Assembly (NCBI GenBank): GCA_963675525.2
Contig: CAXXSL010000016.1
Span: forward strand, 416,001 to 480,000
Direction of reading: 5' to 3'
Length of the DNA stretch: 64,000 bases
Source of the DNA: Anaerohalosphaeraceae bacterium
GTDB lineage: Bacteria > Planctomycetota > Phycisphaerae > Sedimentisphaerales > Anaerohalosphaeraceae
A model generated the notes under the pieces. That model worked only from the letters and a program-made list of their open reading frames with translations. It was not told the DNA's origin and did no database searches. Made by a program: the position numbers and the translations under genes. Of this stretch, positions 18,516 to 27,844 are shown one piece after another. The number at the start of each line of letters is the position of its first letter. The first letter of the stretch is position 1.

Positions 18516-19106
18516 ATGGATACGTTACAAACACTGCTGTTGGGATTTATCGGGATTGTTATCGTTAATAACCTGGTATTCACAAAGTTCCTGGGCATCT
18601 GTCCGTACCTGGGTGTGTCAGGCCGGATTGACATGGCGTTTGGTATGGGATTGGCGGTTACATTTGTTGTTACGCTGGCCGGAACCCTGACATGGTTTAT
18701 CGACCATGTGTTCTTAATGCAATTCGGGCTGGAAGTCATGCGGTATCTGTGCTTCATTCTCGTCATCGCCGGTGCGGTGCAGTTAGTGGAGATGTATCTG
18801 CGGAAATTCTTCCCGGCGCTGTACGAAAGCTTCGGTATTTTTCTGCCGTTGATCACTACGAACTGTGCGATTCTAGGGCTGTGCCTGTTCATTAACCTGT
18901 GGGGCATCGATAACCTGCTGGAAGCGGTGGTTTTAAGCTTTGGGGCAGGGATCGGCTTTACCATCGCCATCTGTATTATGGCGGGCATTCGAGAGAATCT
19001 GCAACTAGCGGATGTACCGGAATGCCTGAAAGGTGCACCGATCACGCTGATTACGGCGGGAATTTTGACGCTGGCATTTATGGGCTTTGCGGGAATGATT
19101 CGATAA
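18516..19106 (+). CDS. rnfA: Rnf subunit A
   Basis: NNLVFTKFLGICPYLGVS, GIFLPLITTNCAILG, LKGAPITLITAG. Confidence 0.96.
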   Translation: MDTLQTLLLGFIGIVIVNNLVFTKFLGICPYLGVSGRIDMAFGMGLAVTFVVTLAGTLTWFIDHVFLMQFGLEVMRYLCFILVIAGAVQLVEMYLRKFFPALYESFGIFLPLITTNCAILGLCLFINLWGIDNLLEAVVLSFGAGIGFTIAICIMAGIRENLQLADVPECLKGAPITLITAGILTLAFMGFAGMIR

Positions 19107-19108
19107 TC

Positions 19109-19165
19109 GACGATTTTCGATTGACGATGGACGAAGTATTCAATCGTCAATCGTCCTTCGTCAAT
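19109..19165 (+). repeat. Inverted heptamer arrays (GACGATT)4 / (AATCGTC)3 with a 5-nt loop
   Basis: GACGATT TTCGATT GACGATG GACGAAG-TATTC-AATCGTC AATCGTC CTTCGTC AAT. Confidence 0.9.
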
Positions 19166-19191
19166 AAACTTTACATATAGGAAATAAGAGC

Positions 19192-20079
19192 ATGATTAGT
19201 ATAATACTTTCAGGAATAATAAATGAGGCCTGGCCGGCGGCGGTGCTGGCGCTGGGGTTGGCTTCGGTGTTTGCATTGATTCTGCTGGTTGCCAGTATTA
19301 AGCTGAAAGTGGAAATCGACCCCAAAGTTGAAGAAGTCCATAAAGCCCTGCCGAATATCGATTGCGGCGCCTGCGGATTCGCCGGTTGCGGCTCGTATGC
19401 CAAGGCGATCGTCGCCGACCCGGATTTGCTGGGTAAATGCGCTCCCGGCGGCCGCGATACCTCTAATGCTATCGCGAAAATACTGAATCTGCAGATGTCC
19501 GGCAGCGGCGCCCCGATGCGGCCGGTTATCCATTGCCGCGCCTGCGAGCAAGACAAAACCTATTTTGCCGAATACGACGGCATCAGCGGCTGCACAAGTG
19601 CCAATGCCCAGCCGAACGTGCAGGCGTGTGCCTTCGGGTGCCTGGGGTTCGGGGGTTGTGTCCGCCGGTGTAAGTTCGACGCCATTCAGATTATCGATGG
19701 TCTGGCGGTGGTGGATTATGAAAAATGCACCGGCTGCGGAGCGTGCGTCGCCGGCTGTCCGCGATTTTTAATTGAGATGGTACCGTTTACACAGGATATC
19801 GTGATGACCGTCGCCTGCAGCAGTAAGGAAAACGGCAAGAACACCCGCACCTTCTGCAAGGTCGGCTGTATCGGCTGCGGGATGTGCGCCAAACAAAGCG
19901 ACCTGTTCGGCGTAACCGACAACGTGGCGCGGATAGATTTTTCGAAATATGAATTGTCGGAAGCCGCACAAACGGCGATGGATAAGTGCCCCACCGGCAG
20001 TATCGTCTTCCGCGGCAAAAACGCCCCCGCTGACAGACCCGCCGGACAAAAAGCAAAACCCGTCGCGGCGAAAGCATAA
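19192..20079 (+). CDS. rnfB: Rnf subunit B (polyferredoxin)
   Basis: LPNIDCGACGFAGC, CAPGG, CLGFGGCVRRCKFDAI, CTGCGACVAGCP, CIGCGMC. Confidence 0.96.
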   Translation: MISIILSGIINEAWPAAVLALGLASVFALILLVASIKLKVEIDPKVEEVHKALPNIDCGACGFAGCGSYAKAIVADPDLLGKCAPGGRDTSNAIAKILNLQMSGSGAPMRPVIHCRACEQDKTYFAEYDGISGCTSANAQPNVQACAFGCLGFGGCVRRCKFDAIQIIDGLAVVDYEKCTGCGACVAGCPRFLIEMVPFTQDIVMTVACSSKENGKNTRTFCKVGCIGCGMCAKQSDLFGVTDNVARIDFSKYELSEAAQTAMDKCPTGSIVFRGKNAPADRPAGQKAKPVAAKA

Positions 20080-20110
20080 ACCACGGATAACGCGGATTGA
20101 CGTCCTGCCT

Positions 20111-20179
20111 GTCATACCCGCGCAGGCGGGTATCCAGCGTAAAGTTGAATCTATAGATTCCCGCCTCCGCGGGAATGAC
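20111..20179. repeat. Inverted pair of GTCA-type REP-like elements after rnfB
   Basis: GTCATACCCGCGCAGGCGGGTATCCAG ... TAGATTCCCGCCTCCGCGGGAATGAC. Confidence 0.85.
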
Positions 20180-20212
20180 AAATTTCAAAGCTGATTAATA
20201 TTGAGTCGTTTT

Positions 20213-20650
20213 TTACAAATTACTTTCAATTATTTGACGGGTTGACAAGTCCGCATCTTCTCCATCGCCCCCCAAGAAACCGTCTGCCCCCAAACTAATT
20301 ATTTCAAAGGGAGGCTTTGAACGGGGGCGACTCACGTAGATATATTCATTGCCCCAATCATCTTTTGGAACTTCATTGTTTTCAAAATAGCCGTCCATAG
20401 CCCAACCCTGAGCATTTTCAGGTTGGTGAACTAAGACTTCTAATCCCTCTTTCTGAGTGGGATAACGCCCCGTATCTAATTTAAACATGTTCACTGCTGT
20501 ATATAATGAATACAACTCTGCCCTTGTTTTATCACTTTTTTTTGTTACGCATTCCCCCATACATAAATCCAAGACAATGATAACTGATACAACAATAAGC
20601 AATAGTATCATGGAAGTGTATAATAGAGCTTTTTTAAAATTTATCCGCAT
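20213..20650 (-). CDS. Orphan GspG-like pseudopilin lacking a canonical prepilin cleavage motif
   Basis: AVNMFKLDTGRYPTQKEGLEVLV...PKDDWGNEYIY...IISLGADGFLGGDGEDADL; start uncertain (20650-20692). Confidence 0.85.
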   Translation of the reverse strand: MRINFKKALLYTSMILLLIVVSVIIVLDLCMGECVTKKSDKTRAELYSLYTAVNMFKLDTGRYPTQKEGLEVLVHQPENAQGWAMDGYFENNEVPKDDWGNEYIYVSRPRSKPPFEIISLGADGFLGGDGEDADLSTRQIIESNL

Positions 20651-20778
20651 AAAGGTCTCAAACATTGTCCGATTTAATATATATTTGGACAAAAAGAGAC
20701 ATCGATTAGTTCCATGTTTTACTAAATTAATTTTCTGTAAAAATCAAAAACGAAGTTTAGTTTACGTCTTACTCCAAG

Positions 20779-21810
20779 CTAGTTTGTTTGGATATATTGT
20801 TCGGCTCCGGTTGTTTTTTCGAACGATGGTTTTTCGCTGTGTGGGATGAGGATGGCTTCGACGTCGGTGATGGATTCGATGAGGGCCATGCCTTTCTGGT
20901 CGCCCATGACACTGACGGTTGTTGACAGCGCGTCGGCGGCCATGGCGGTCGGGGCGATAATCGTCACACTCGAAAGACTCTGGGCACTGTCGGCGGTGGC
21001 GGGGTTAATAATATGGCTGTGTTTTTGGCTATCGATAATCACGAATCGCCTGTAGTCGCCGCTGGTGGCAACCGCCCTGCCATCCATTTTCAACTTCAAC
21101 AAAATGTTTTCATCCTTGGCCGGGTCCTGCAGGCCAATCAGCCAATGGGCAACGCTGTTGGCTGGCGTGCCGAAACAACGCAGGTTTCCGCCGATATCGA
21201 CCATGCCGCCTTTGAGGCCGGCTGTTTGGAGAATCTCAATCGCCCTGTCGACCGCATAACCTTTGCCAATGCCGCCCAAATCCAGAAACATGCCCTCTCT
21301 GGCGAAACGGACGGTTTTGTCCTCGGCATCAATGAACAGGTTGCCGCACCCGACCGCCTGCCGAGCCTGCTCTAACTGCTCCGGCGTCGGGGGCACACCT
21401 GTTTTCTTCGCCTGCCGCCAGAGCCGCACCACGGGCCCGACCGTAATGTCAAACGCCCCGCCGGAGATGCAACTGCACTCCATCGACGCACACAGTACCG
21501 CCAGCAGTTCATCCGTAACAGGGACGGGGGCTTCAAAGGCCTGCTGATTGACCTTTGACAGCAGCGAATCGGGGTCGTAATCGCTCATGCATTGTTCGAT
21601 GGCGTCTATTTTTTCAAAAGCGGCGTCAATCGCATCGCGCCCCTGCCGCTCGGTTTCGGCGACAGCCACTATCCGGGCAAAGGTTCCCATGACCTGCCGA
21701 TGGCCGCTGTCAACCGTGACCGGTGTCTGGGATTTGGGCCGACAGCCGGTTGGAACGACAAAACAAAACGCCAAAAAGAGGTAACATGCGGCCTGTAAAA
21801 AAAATCGCAT
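20779..21810 (-). CDS. apbE: FAD:protein FMN transferase, lipoprotein
   Basis: VMGT, MSDYDPDSLLSKVN, GAFDITVGP, LDLGGIGKGYAVD, IGGN, VATSGDYRR, HIINP, ADALST; start reassigned to MRFFLQ because the upstream extension is REP DNA. Confidence 0.95.
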   Translation of the reverse strand: MRFFLQAACYLFLAFCFVVPTGCRPKSQTPVTVDSGHRQVMGTFARIVAVAETERQGRDAIDAAFEKIDAIEQCMSDYDPDSLLSKVNQQAFEAPVPVTDELLAVLCASMECSCISGGAFDITVGPVVRLWRQAKKTGVPPTPEQLEQARQAVGCGNLFIDAEDKTVRFAREGMFLDLGGIGKGYAVDRAIEILQTAGLKGGMVDIGGNLRCFGTPANSVAHWLIGLQDPAKDENILLKLKMDGRAVATSGDYRRFVIIDSQKHSHIINPATADSAQSLSSVTIIAPTAMAADALSTTVSVMGDQKGMALIESITDVEAILIPHSEKPSFEKTTGAEQYIQTN

Positions 21811-21813
21811 TCT

Positions 21814-21955
21814 ATCGCCCCTTCGGGGCTTAAAGAAGAGAGGGAGCCCTTCCTTCCGGGGGTTTACACCCCCGGCTATTATACTGTCACCCCTTCGGGG
21901 TTTGGTGACGGTCGGGTGGCATGCCTTCTCCCGGCACGCCGGGAAAGGCATGGTT
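21814..21955. repeat. Cluster of REP-like hairpins upstream of apbE
   Basis: CCCCTTCGGGG twice, flanking CCGGGGGTTTACACCCCCGG; then CATGCCTT-CTCCCGGCACGCCGGGA-AAGGCATG. Confidence 0.7.
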
Positions 21956-22126
21956 CGCAACGGTTTCCCATCGCTTTCCCGATACATCGGGAGAAACGAT
22001 GCCGCCCCGTTTGCATCGCACTGATGAAGAAAATCTGTCCTTTCGTTGGTTTGACGCATATAAAATTCCTGAATTTTATTGTCGGGTTCTGTTCAATTTC
22101 AACAAATTAAGGTATAATAAACACTT

Positions 22127-22153
22127 CTGGATTCCCGCCTTCGCGGGAATGAC
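22127..22153. repeat. REP-like palindrome ATTCCC-N8-GGGAAT-GAC
   Basis: CTGGATTCCCGCCTTCGCGGGAATGAC, just downstream of a TATAAT at 22113. Confidence 0.85.
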
Positions 22154-22186
22154 AGAACAACGTTCTATTTGAAATTATAGGCCCCT

Positions 22187-23977
22187 ATGATACCCAAACA
22201 AGTAGGAATCGTAAAGGATGATATTGACCGGCAGTTTTTGCCGTTCGTCCGCAAGCCCGCGCGGTATATCGGCGGCGAGGTCAACCAGGTCAAAAAAGAC
22301 CTGTCCGGCTGTGATGTCCGCATTGCGCTATGCTTTCCGGACATTTACGAAATCGCGATGAGCTATAACGGGCTGGGCATCCTGTACGAAATCATCAATT
22401 CCCTTCCGGGCGTCTGTGCAGAACGGGTTTTTGCGCCGTGGCTGGACGCCGAAGATATTCTTCGCGAAAAGAATCTGCCACTGTTTACGCTGGAATCCTG
22501 CGCCGCCGTGCGGGATTTTGACATCATGGGATTCAGCCTGACCAACGAGCTGTGCTACACCAACCTGCTGAACATGCTGGATCTGGCAGGGATGGAGATT
22601 CGCACCGAAAATCGTACAGAAGATGATCCACTGGTGATTGTCGGCGGACAAGCGGCCAACTGTGCCGAGCCGCTGGCGGCCTTTGTTGACCTGTTCGTAC
22701 TGGGCGAAGGTGAAGAAGCCGTACTTGAGCTTATCAAACTGTACCGAACAATCAAATCGCAAGCGGGCAGCAAACAGGATTTTCTGCTGGAAGCGGCCCG
22801 ACGGTTTTCGTATGTGTATGTGCCGCAGTTTTACGATGTTTGCTCCGATGAAAATAATCCTTCTTACATAACACCCAAAGTTGACGGCTTACCGGTGCGG
22901 TTTGAAAATGCTATCGTGAAAGATTTTGACGCGGCACCGATCCCGGAAAAACCGATCATTCCCTTTGTGCAGGCGGTGCATGAACGTGTGAGTATTGAAA
23001 TCATGCGGGGTTGTCCGGGCCGGTGCCGATTCTGCCAGGCCAGTTTCTGCCGACGGCCGGTGCGGATTCGCAAGGTCGATACCATTGTTGAAGCGGCCAA
23101 AAAACAGTACGCGGCTACCGGCTATGACACTGTCAGCTTGTTGAGCTTGTCCACGGCTGACTATCCGCATCTGGATGAATTGCTGAAAGAACTGCATACG
23201 TTTTTTGAGCCCCGGCATGTGGGGGTGTCGGTGCCAAGTTTGAAAGTACAGAAACAATTACAGTTGTTGCCGGAGATGATGATCTCAGTGCGGAAAGGCG
23301 GGCTGACCATCGCGGTCGAAGCGGCCAGTGAAAAATTGCGAACACTCATCAACAAGCCGATTACGAACGAGGATTTATTCGCGGCAGTCCGAGCAGCATA
23401 CGAAGCCGGGTTTTTGAAGGTGAAGCTGTATTTCATGGTGGGCTTTCCGGATGAAACTGACGGGGATATCGTTCAAATCGTTGACCTGGCCTATCGAATT
23501 TCGTCGCTGCGAAAAGAGGTGGACGGAAAATTAGCCAATGTCAATGCCGCCGTCAGTTGGCTGGTTCCCAAACCGCACACGCCCTTCGGCTGGCTGGGGC
23601 AAAAAGACCGGGCTTATTTTGAGCACGCCAAAAAGCTGATTTGGCAGCGTAAAGATGAACTTCGTGCCAAATTTATCCGTTTTAAGTTCCACGAGATCGA
23701 CCGGAGTATTCTGGAGTCAGCCATGGGACGCGGGGACAGACGGTATGGCGATGTGATCGAGGCGGCGTGGCGAAAAGGGGCAAAATTTGACTTGTGGGAT
23801 GAGGGTTTTAACCTTACCATTTGGCAGGAAGCGTTTAAAGCCGCCGGAATGGAACTGGAACAGGAAGCCCAACAAGAATACGATTCAACACAGCGGCTGC
23901 CGTGGTCGCATCTCGGCGGGCCGCAAGAGGATTACTTATTGAAACACTATCACCAGGCAACAAACATTTTTGAGTGA
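22187..23977 (+). CDS. Radical SAM protein, TIGR03960-like (B12-binding-domain family)
   Basis: VRKPARYIGGE, FPDIYEIAMS, ERVFAPWLD, EIMRGCPGRCRFCQA, KLYFMVGFPDET, PKPHTPF. Confidence 0.9.
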   Translation: MIPKQVGIVKDDIDRQFLPFVRKPARYIGGEVNQVKKDLSGCDVRIALCFPDIYEIAMSYNGLGILYEIINSLPGVCAERVFAPWLDAEDILREKNLPLFTLESCAAVRDFDIMGFSLTNELCYTNLLNMLDLAGMEIRTENRTEDDPLVIVGGQAANCAEPLAAFVDLFVLGEGEEAVLELIKLYRTIKSQAGSKQDFLLEAARRFSYVYVPQFYDVCSDENNPSYITPKVDGLPVRFENAIVKDFDAAPIPEKPIIPFVQAVHERVSIEIMRGCPGRCRFCQASFCRRPVRIRKVDTIVEAAKKQYAATGYDTVSLLSLSTADYPHLDELLKELHTFFEPRHVGVSVPSLKVQKQLQLLPEMMISVRKGGLTIAVEAASEKLRTLINKPITNEDLFAAVRAAYEAGFLKVKLYFMVGFPDETDGDIVQIVDLAYRISSLRKEVDGKLANVNAAVSWLVPKPHTPFGWLGQKDRAYFEHAKKLIWQRKDELRAKFIRFKFHEIDRSILESAMGRGDRRYGDVIEAAWRKGAKFDLWDEGFNLTIWQEAFKAAGMELEQEAQQEYDSTQRLPWSHLGGPQEDYLLKHYHQATNIFE

Positions 23978-25094
23978 TGATATGGCGGAATCTAAGCTTC
24001 AAAAAATTCGAGTTTGTTTTGTCGCCCCCAAGGCGTACCCAATCTTCAATCCGGATATTCACAGCGTCTTCGGCGGCGCAGAGGTGGATCTGTACCTTCT
24101 GGCGACGGAGCTGGCCAAGGACCAGCAGTTTAACGTCAAATTTGTCGTCGGCGATTACGGCCAGCCAAACACCGAACAGCGGGAAGGGGTCACGCTGATC
24201 AAATCAGTGAATCCAAACAAAAATATGATTTTGCAGGGGGTAAAAGTCTGGAGGGCGCTTCGACAGGCGGACTGTGATGTTTACATGCATGAAGCCTGTT
24301 CGCTGGGTACCAGTATGATCGCGTTTTTCTGTAAATGGTACAATCGGAGTTTCGTTTATCGCACCGCCTCTTCACGTGAAGCAGACGGTTCCTGTTTTTC
24401 CGGCGTATCGCTGCGGAGATTTTTTGTCAAATGGGCCTTCCGGCGGGCAACTGTTTTCATCGTTCAAAACGAACAGGATGCGGTCAATGCAAAAAAAACC
24501 ATAAACAGAACCGCATTGGTGATTCGTAATGCCTGCCGGATTCATTCGACCGAAAACATTAAAAAATCCGGCGTTTTATGGGTTGGGCGAAGCAAGCACA
24601 TCAAACGGCCGGACCTGTTTATTCAACTGGCTAAAGCCTTACCTGATATTCCTTTTGTCATGATCTGTCAACAAACACTTGGTGACAGCCGATATCAGGA
24701 GCTGGTTGAAACGGCCGGGGCGGTCAGTAATCTGGAATTCATCAAACGAGTCCCTTTCCAGGAGATTGACAGATACTTCGAAAAGGCGATGGTATCGGTC
24801 AACACCAGCGATTCTGAGGGATTTCCCAATACATTCATTCAGTCGTGTAAGGCGGGAACCGCCATTCTGTCGCTCAATGTCAATCCGGACGGCTTTCTGA
24901 ATGAGCACCATTGCGGCTTTTGTGCGGAAGGAAACTGGGAGCTTTTTGTGGAAAGATTAAAAGAATGGACCCAGACAGATCAGGCCAAAGAGTCGGGGCT
25001 TCATGGAAAAGAATACATTCAATCACACCATGACATTACACGGATCATTAAACAATACAAAGAACTTTTCGTTAAAAGCACAGACATTCAGTAA
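23970..25094 (+). CDS. Glycosyltransferase family 4
   Basis: GGAE, WVGR-x4-KRP, VNTSDSEGFPNTFIQS. Confidence 0.9.
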   Translation: MSDDMAESKLQKIRVCFVAPKAYPIFNPDIHSVFGGAEVDLYLLATELAKDQQFNVKFVVGDYGQPNTEQREGVTLIKSVNPNKNMILQGVKVWRALRQADCDVYMHEACSLGTSMIAFFCKWYNRSFVYRTASSREADGSCFSGVSLRRFFVKWAFRRATVFIVQNEQDAVNAKKTINRTALVIRNACRIHSTENIKKSGVLWVGRSKHIKRPDLFIQLAKALPDIPFVMICQQTLGDSRYQELVETAGAVSNLEFIKRVPFQEIDRYFEKAMVSVNTSDSEGFPNTFIQSCKAGTAILSLNVNPDGFLNEHHCGFCAEGNWELFVERLKEWTQTDQAKESGLHGKEYIQSHHDITRIIKQYKELFVKSTDIQ

Positions 25095-25096
25095 TT

Positions 25097-25945
25097 CTAA
25101 TCAACCTTTTCATCAATTGCTTTAAAAATAAAATTGTGTGTTTTCAAGGTATCGAGTGCGGTTTCCATTATTTTTTCTATCTCTTCCTTTTCGACACATC
25201 GACTGTCTTGTCTGCAGGTCCATGCCTGATAGCCATGTTTCCAGAAAATCTCGAATGTCTTCAGTAAGTTCGGATTAACCCCAACCCCTTCCGGTAAATG
25301 CTCTGTAACAGTTACCTCAATAATCCATACCGGTTTGGGCTTCATGTCAAGAAACGTCGAAGCTCCCTGCATGAGTTCGTACTCAGCGCCTTCAACATCA
25401 ATCAGCATTAAACACCGTTTCCCATTCAGTCTGCTGCCGATGACATTGTCCAATGTTGACACTGGAACCCACTGCCGGGAATACTCGGGTGTATTTGACC
25501 ATCCCTTGATCAGAGACGCCGCGGTGCCGCCGCCATAGATCTCGATCAGGCCGGTCTTATTGCTAAGCGCTATCGGGTAGACTTCAATGTCATTTTCCCA
25601 ACCATTGGAAGATATATTCTTGTAAAGATATTTTAAGTTAAGATCGATCGGCTCAAATGCCAGTGTTCGAATTTTCTGCTGTAACGCGATGCAGCAATAA
25701 TAACCTATATTGGCTCCAATGTTGACAAAGACATCCGTTGTCTTCAGGTATCGCTGAATTATTTCGGTTTCAGTTTTTTCAAAATGGCCGGACTCCATTG
25801 CGGAATTGCCAATCAGCTTAAACCCTAACGGGGTTTGCTTGGCCTCTTTAATCAATGCTTTACCGCTTCGAAAATCCCGGTAAAGTTTGGCAAGCCATGG
25901 ATAACGTTTCGCGACAGGCCTTAACACTGAATACACTATTTTCAT
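25097..25945 (-). CDS. FkbM-family methyltransferase
   Basis: FVNIGANIGYY, AFEP, IALS, TLD, LIDVEGAE; ATGA overlap with the upstream gene fixes the start at 25945. Confidence 0.9.
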   Translation of the reverse strand: MKIVYSVLRPVAKRYPWLAKLYRDFRSGKALIKEAKQTPLGFKLIGNSAMESGHFEKTETEIIQRYLKTTDVFVNIGANIGYYCCIALQQKIRTLAFEPIDLNLKYLYKNISSNGWENDIEVYPIALSNKTGLIEIYGGGTAASLIKGWSNTPEYSRQWVPVSTLDNVIGSRLNGKRCLMLIDVEGAEYELMQGASTFLDMKPKPVWIIEVTVTEHLPEGVGVNPNLLKTFEIFWKHGYQAWTCRQDSRCVEKEEIEKIMETALDTLKTHNFIFKAIDEKVD

Positions 25946-26760
25946 GCGGTTGCTCCTGTGATATACGTGGCCGGAATATCGTTCATTTGAGCCGCAGTTT
26001 CTGAAAACGAACTGCCATAGCTGCCGATTATTTTGGTTGTTTTTGAAAGGCACAGCAAATCAACCAGCGCGTCCTGAACCCCTTTTTGCGTATCGCGTGT
26101 GTATTCTTTGGGATACCAAATCACTCGATCTTCATACCGCTTTATAAACCGTGACATAACCTCAGGGCTGTCACTGGCCAAAAAGAACTTCACATTCGGA
26201 TGCTGTTGAATTTCCTGATCCATCGCATGTATGAAACCTTCCTCGGGACTGGACGCTTTGGCGATATGATGGTCCGCTCTCCGGACGTGTACCCCCACCG
26301 TATGGGATGCATAGCGTGCTGTGTAAGTCTCCACAATGGATCGAATGAACTCCGTGGGCTTATGCATCTGAAATTTTCGTTCGATCCGGCCAAATCGACT
26401 GCAACAAGTAATATAGACTGATCGATACCTGCCCAACTGCGTAAAATCGTATTTTTGTTCTCGCAAGCGATCCATTTGACTCTGAAAGATGACATGCTGA
26501 TATTTCATCCGAGCCATCCCATAGTCATATAAGAAAAATATGTTTTTCAGCAATTGGAAGGATGGACGCCGCACGGGTTTAATGTCAACAACAGTGGTAT
26601 TATCCGGCAGTTCAAATAATGAATGAAAACTACAGTTAAGATCCGGTGAAAGCGTCCAGAGGACTTTCAGAGGTTTATTCGTTAAACGTGACAAGACCAT
26701 ACCGGAATCGACCGATCGCAAACGATTGCACAGGCCGCCATTTGGTTTTAAGACGATCAT
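25942..26760 (-). CDS. Fucosyltransferase-like glycosyltransferase (GT11/GT23/NodZ-type fold)
   Basis: GGLCNRLR, VGVHVRRAD, FFLASD, DLLCLS, IIGSYGSSFS. Confidence 0.75.
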   Translation of the reverse strand: MIVLKPNGGLCNRLRSVDSGMVLSRLTNKPLKVLWTLSPDLNCSFHSLFELPDNTTVVDIKPVRRPSFQLLKNIFFLYDYGMARMKYQHVIFQSQMDRLREQKYDFTQLGRYRSVYITCCSRFGRIERKFQMHKPTEFIRSIVETYTARYASHTVGVHVRRADHHIAKASSPEEGFIHAMDQEIQQHPNVKFFLASDSPEVMSRFIKRYEDRVIWYPKEYTRDTQKGVQDALVDLLCLSKTTKIIGSYGSSFSETAAQMNDIPATYITGATA

Positions 26761-26851
26761 AAGATGTAACCCAAAAGTCGTTTAATCATATCATCCATCG
26801 TACTTTAAGTCATCTATTCACGATGCCATTCTAACGCCGATCATGCTGCAT

Positions 26852-27835
26852 TTAAGAAGGACGGCGTGTGACACGGCGGCGTAATCTCAATGCACGGACG
26901 ATTCGTGAAACGCATCTCAATCCCCCGGCCGTCAGACGGGGAAATACTGTCAGACCATATATCAAAACGCGATAACAAACAGAAAAGGACCGTGGGAACC
27001 GCCTGAGTAATTCGCGAATTTCTGATCTTTTGCCCTTAAACAGCATGCTGCGAATCCACCGCCGCATCATGAATGCCGCGGCCGGTTGGAATTGCTCAAG
27101 CATCCCTTCTTTTCGAGACAATTCAATATGCCGCTGAATAAAGTCTGCGTAAAGCCCCGTTATTCTGGCCTGTTTCATCAGGCTGTTTTCAGATGAAAGA
27201 TGGTGGATCGCTAACGGAATCGCCGAGAAACCCACTGTTGGATAATGATAGGCAATCCGCAGCCATAGATCAATATCTTCAGCAATCGGAAGGTTTGTAT
27301 CAAATGTCCCGACTGCATCAAAGACTTTTTTTTGTATTAACATACAATCAGTATGTCCCCATTGATACACTTGTATCGCCCGGAAATAACTTTCAAAAAA
27401 GCCTGCTCCCTTAAGAAACCCGGCACATTCCGGTAAAGCGGTATGTTCGGCTCGTCGTTCTTCATCACACAGGCATTCGAGATAGTTACCGGTTGTCCAG
27501 GCTAATTCCGGATGGGTTATCAAATTCTGCGTCTGGATCTCAATTTTATCTGGCAGCCATTCGTCATCGGCATCGAGGAAGGCGATCCAGTCCCCTTTTG
27601 CGGCCTTGATCCCCGCATTTCGTGCGGCGCTAACGCCGGCATTTTCCTGATACATATAGCAAACGCGATCGCCGTACCCCTTGACAACCTGAGCCGTATT
27701 ATCCGTCGAACCGTCATCGACAATGACAATCTCACCAACCGGGCAGGTTTGATTCAGCACACTGTCAATCGCACGTGCGACATACTCTTGACAGTTATAA
27801 GCAGGGATCACCACACTGATTGTCACTGACTGCAT
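26852..27835 (-). CDS. Glycosyltransferase family 2
   Basis: SVVIPAYN, VDDGSTD, NAGVSAARNAG, FLDADDEW, EDIDLWLR. Confidence 0.95.
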   Translation of the reverse strand: MQSVTISVVIPAYNCQEYVARAIDSVLNQTCPVGEIVIVDDGSTDNTAQVVKGYGDRVCYMYQENAGVSAARNAGIKAAKGDWIAFLDADDEWLPDKIEIQTQNLITHPELAWTTGNYLECLCDEERRAEHTALPECAGFLKGAGFFESYFRAIQVYQWGHTDCMLIQKKVFDAVGTFDTNLPIAEDIDLWLRIAYHYPTVGFSAIPLAIHHLSSENSLMKQARITGLYADFIQRHIELSRKEGMLEQFQPAAAFMMRRWIRSMLFKGKRSEIRELLRRFPRSFSVCYRVLIYGLTVFPRLTAGGLRCVSRIVRALRLRRRVTRRPS

Positions 27836-27844
27836 ACCGAAGCC

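Noticed and set aside
17996..19150. 384-aa antisense ORF and other long shadow ORFs (14790-15560, 11860-12621, 36588-37412)
   Set aside because: They lie opposite well-supported genes and have no protein motifs.
21811..22059. N-terminal extension of ApbE in the ORF track
   Set aside because: It is translated REP DNA; the signal peptide and lipobox begin at 21810. The extensions at 9913, 26053, 34963, 40378 and 41274 were trimmed for similar start-site reasons.
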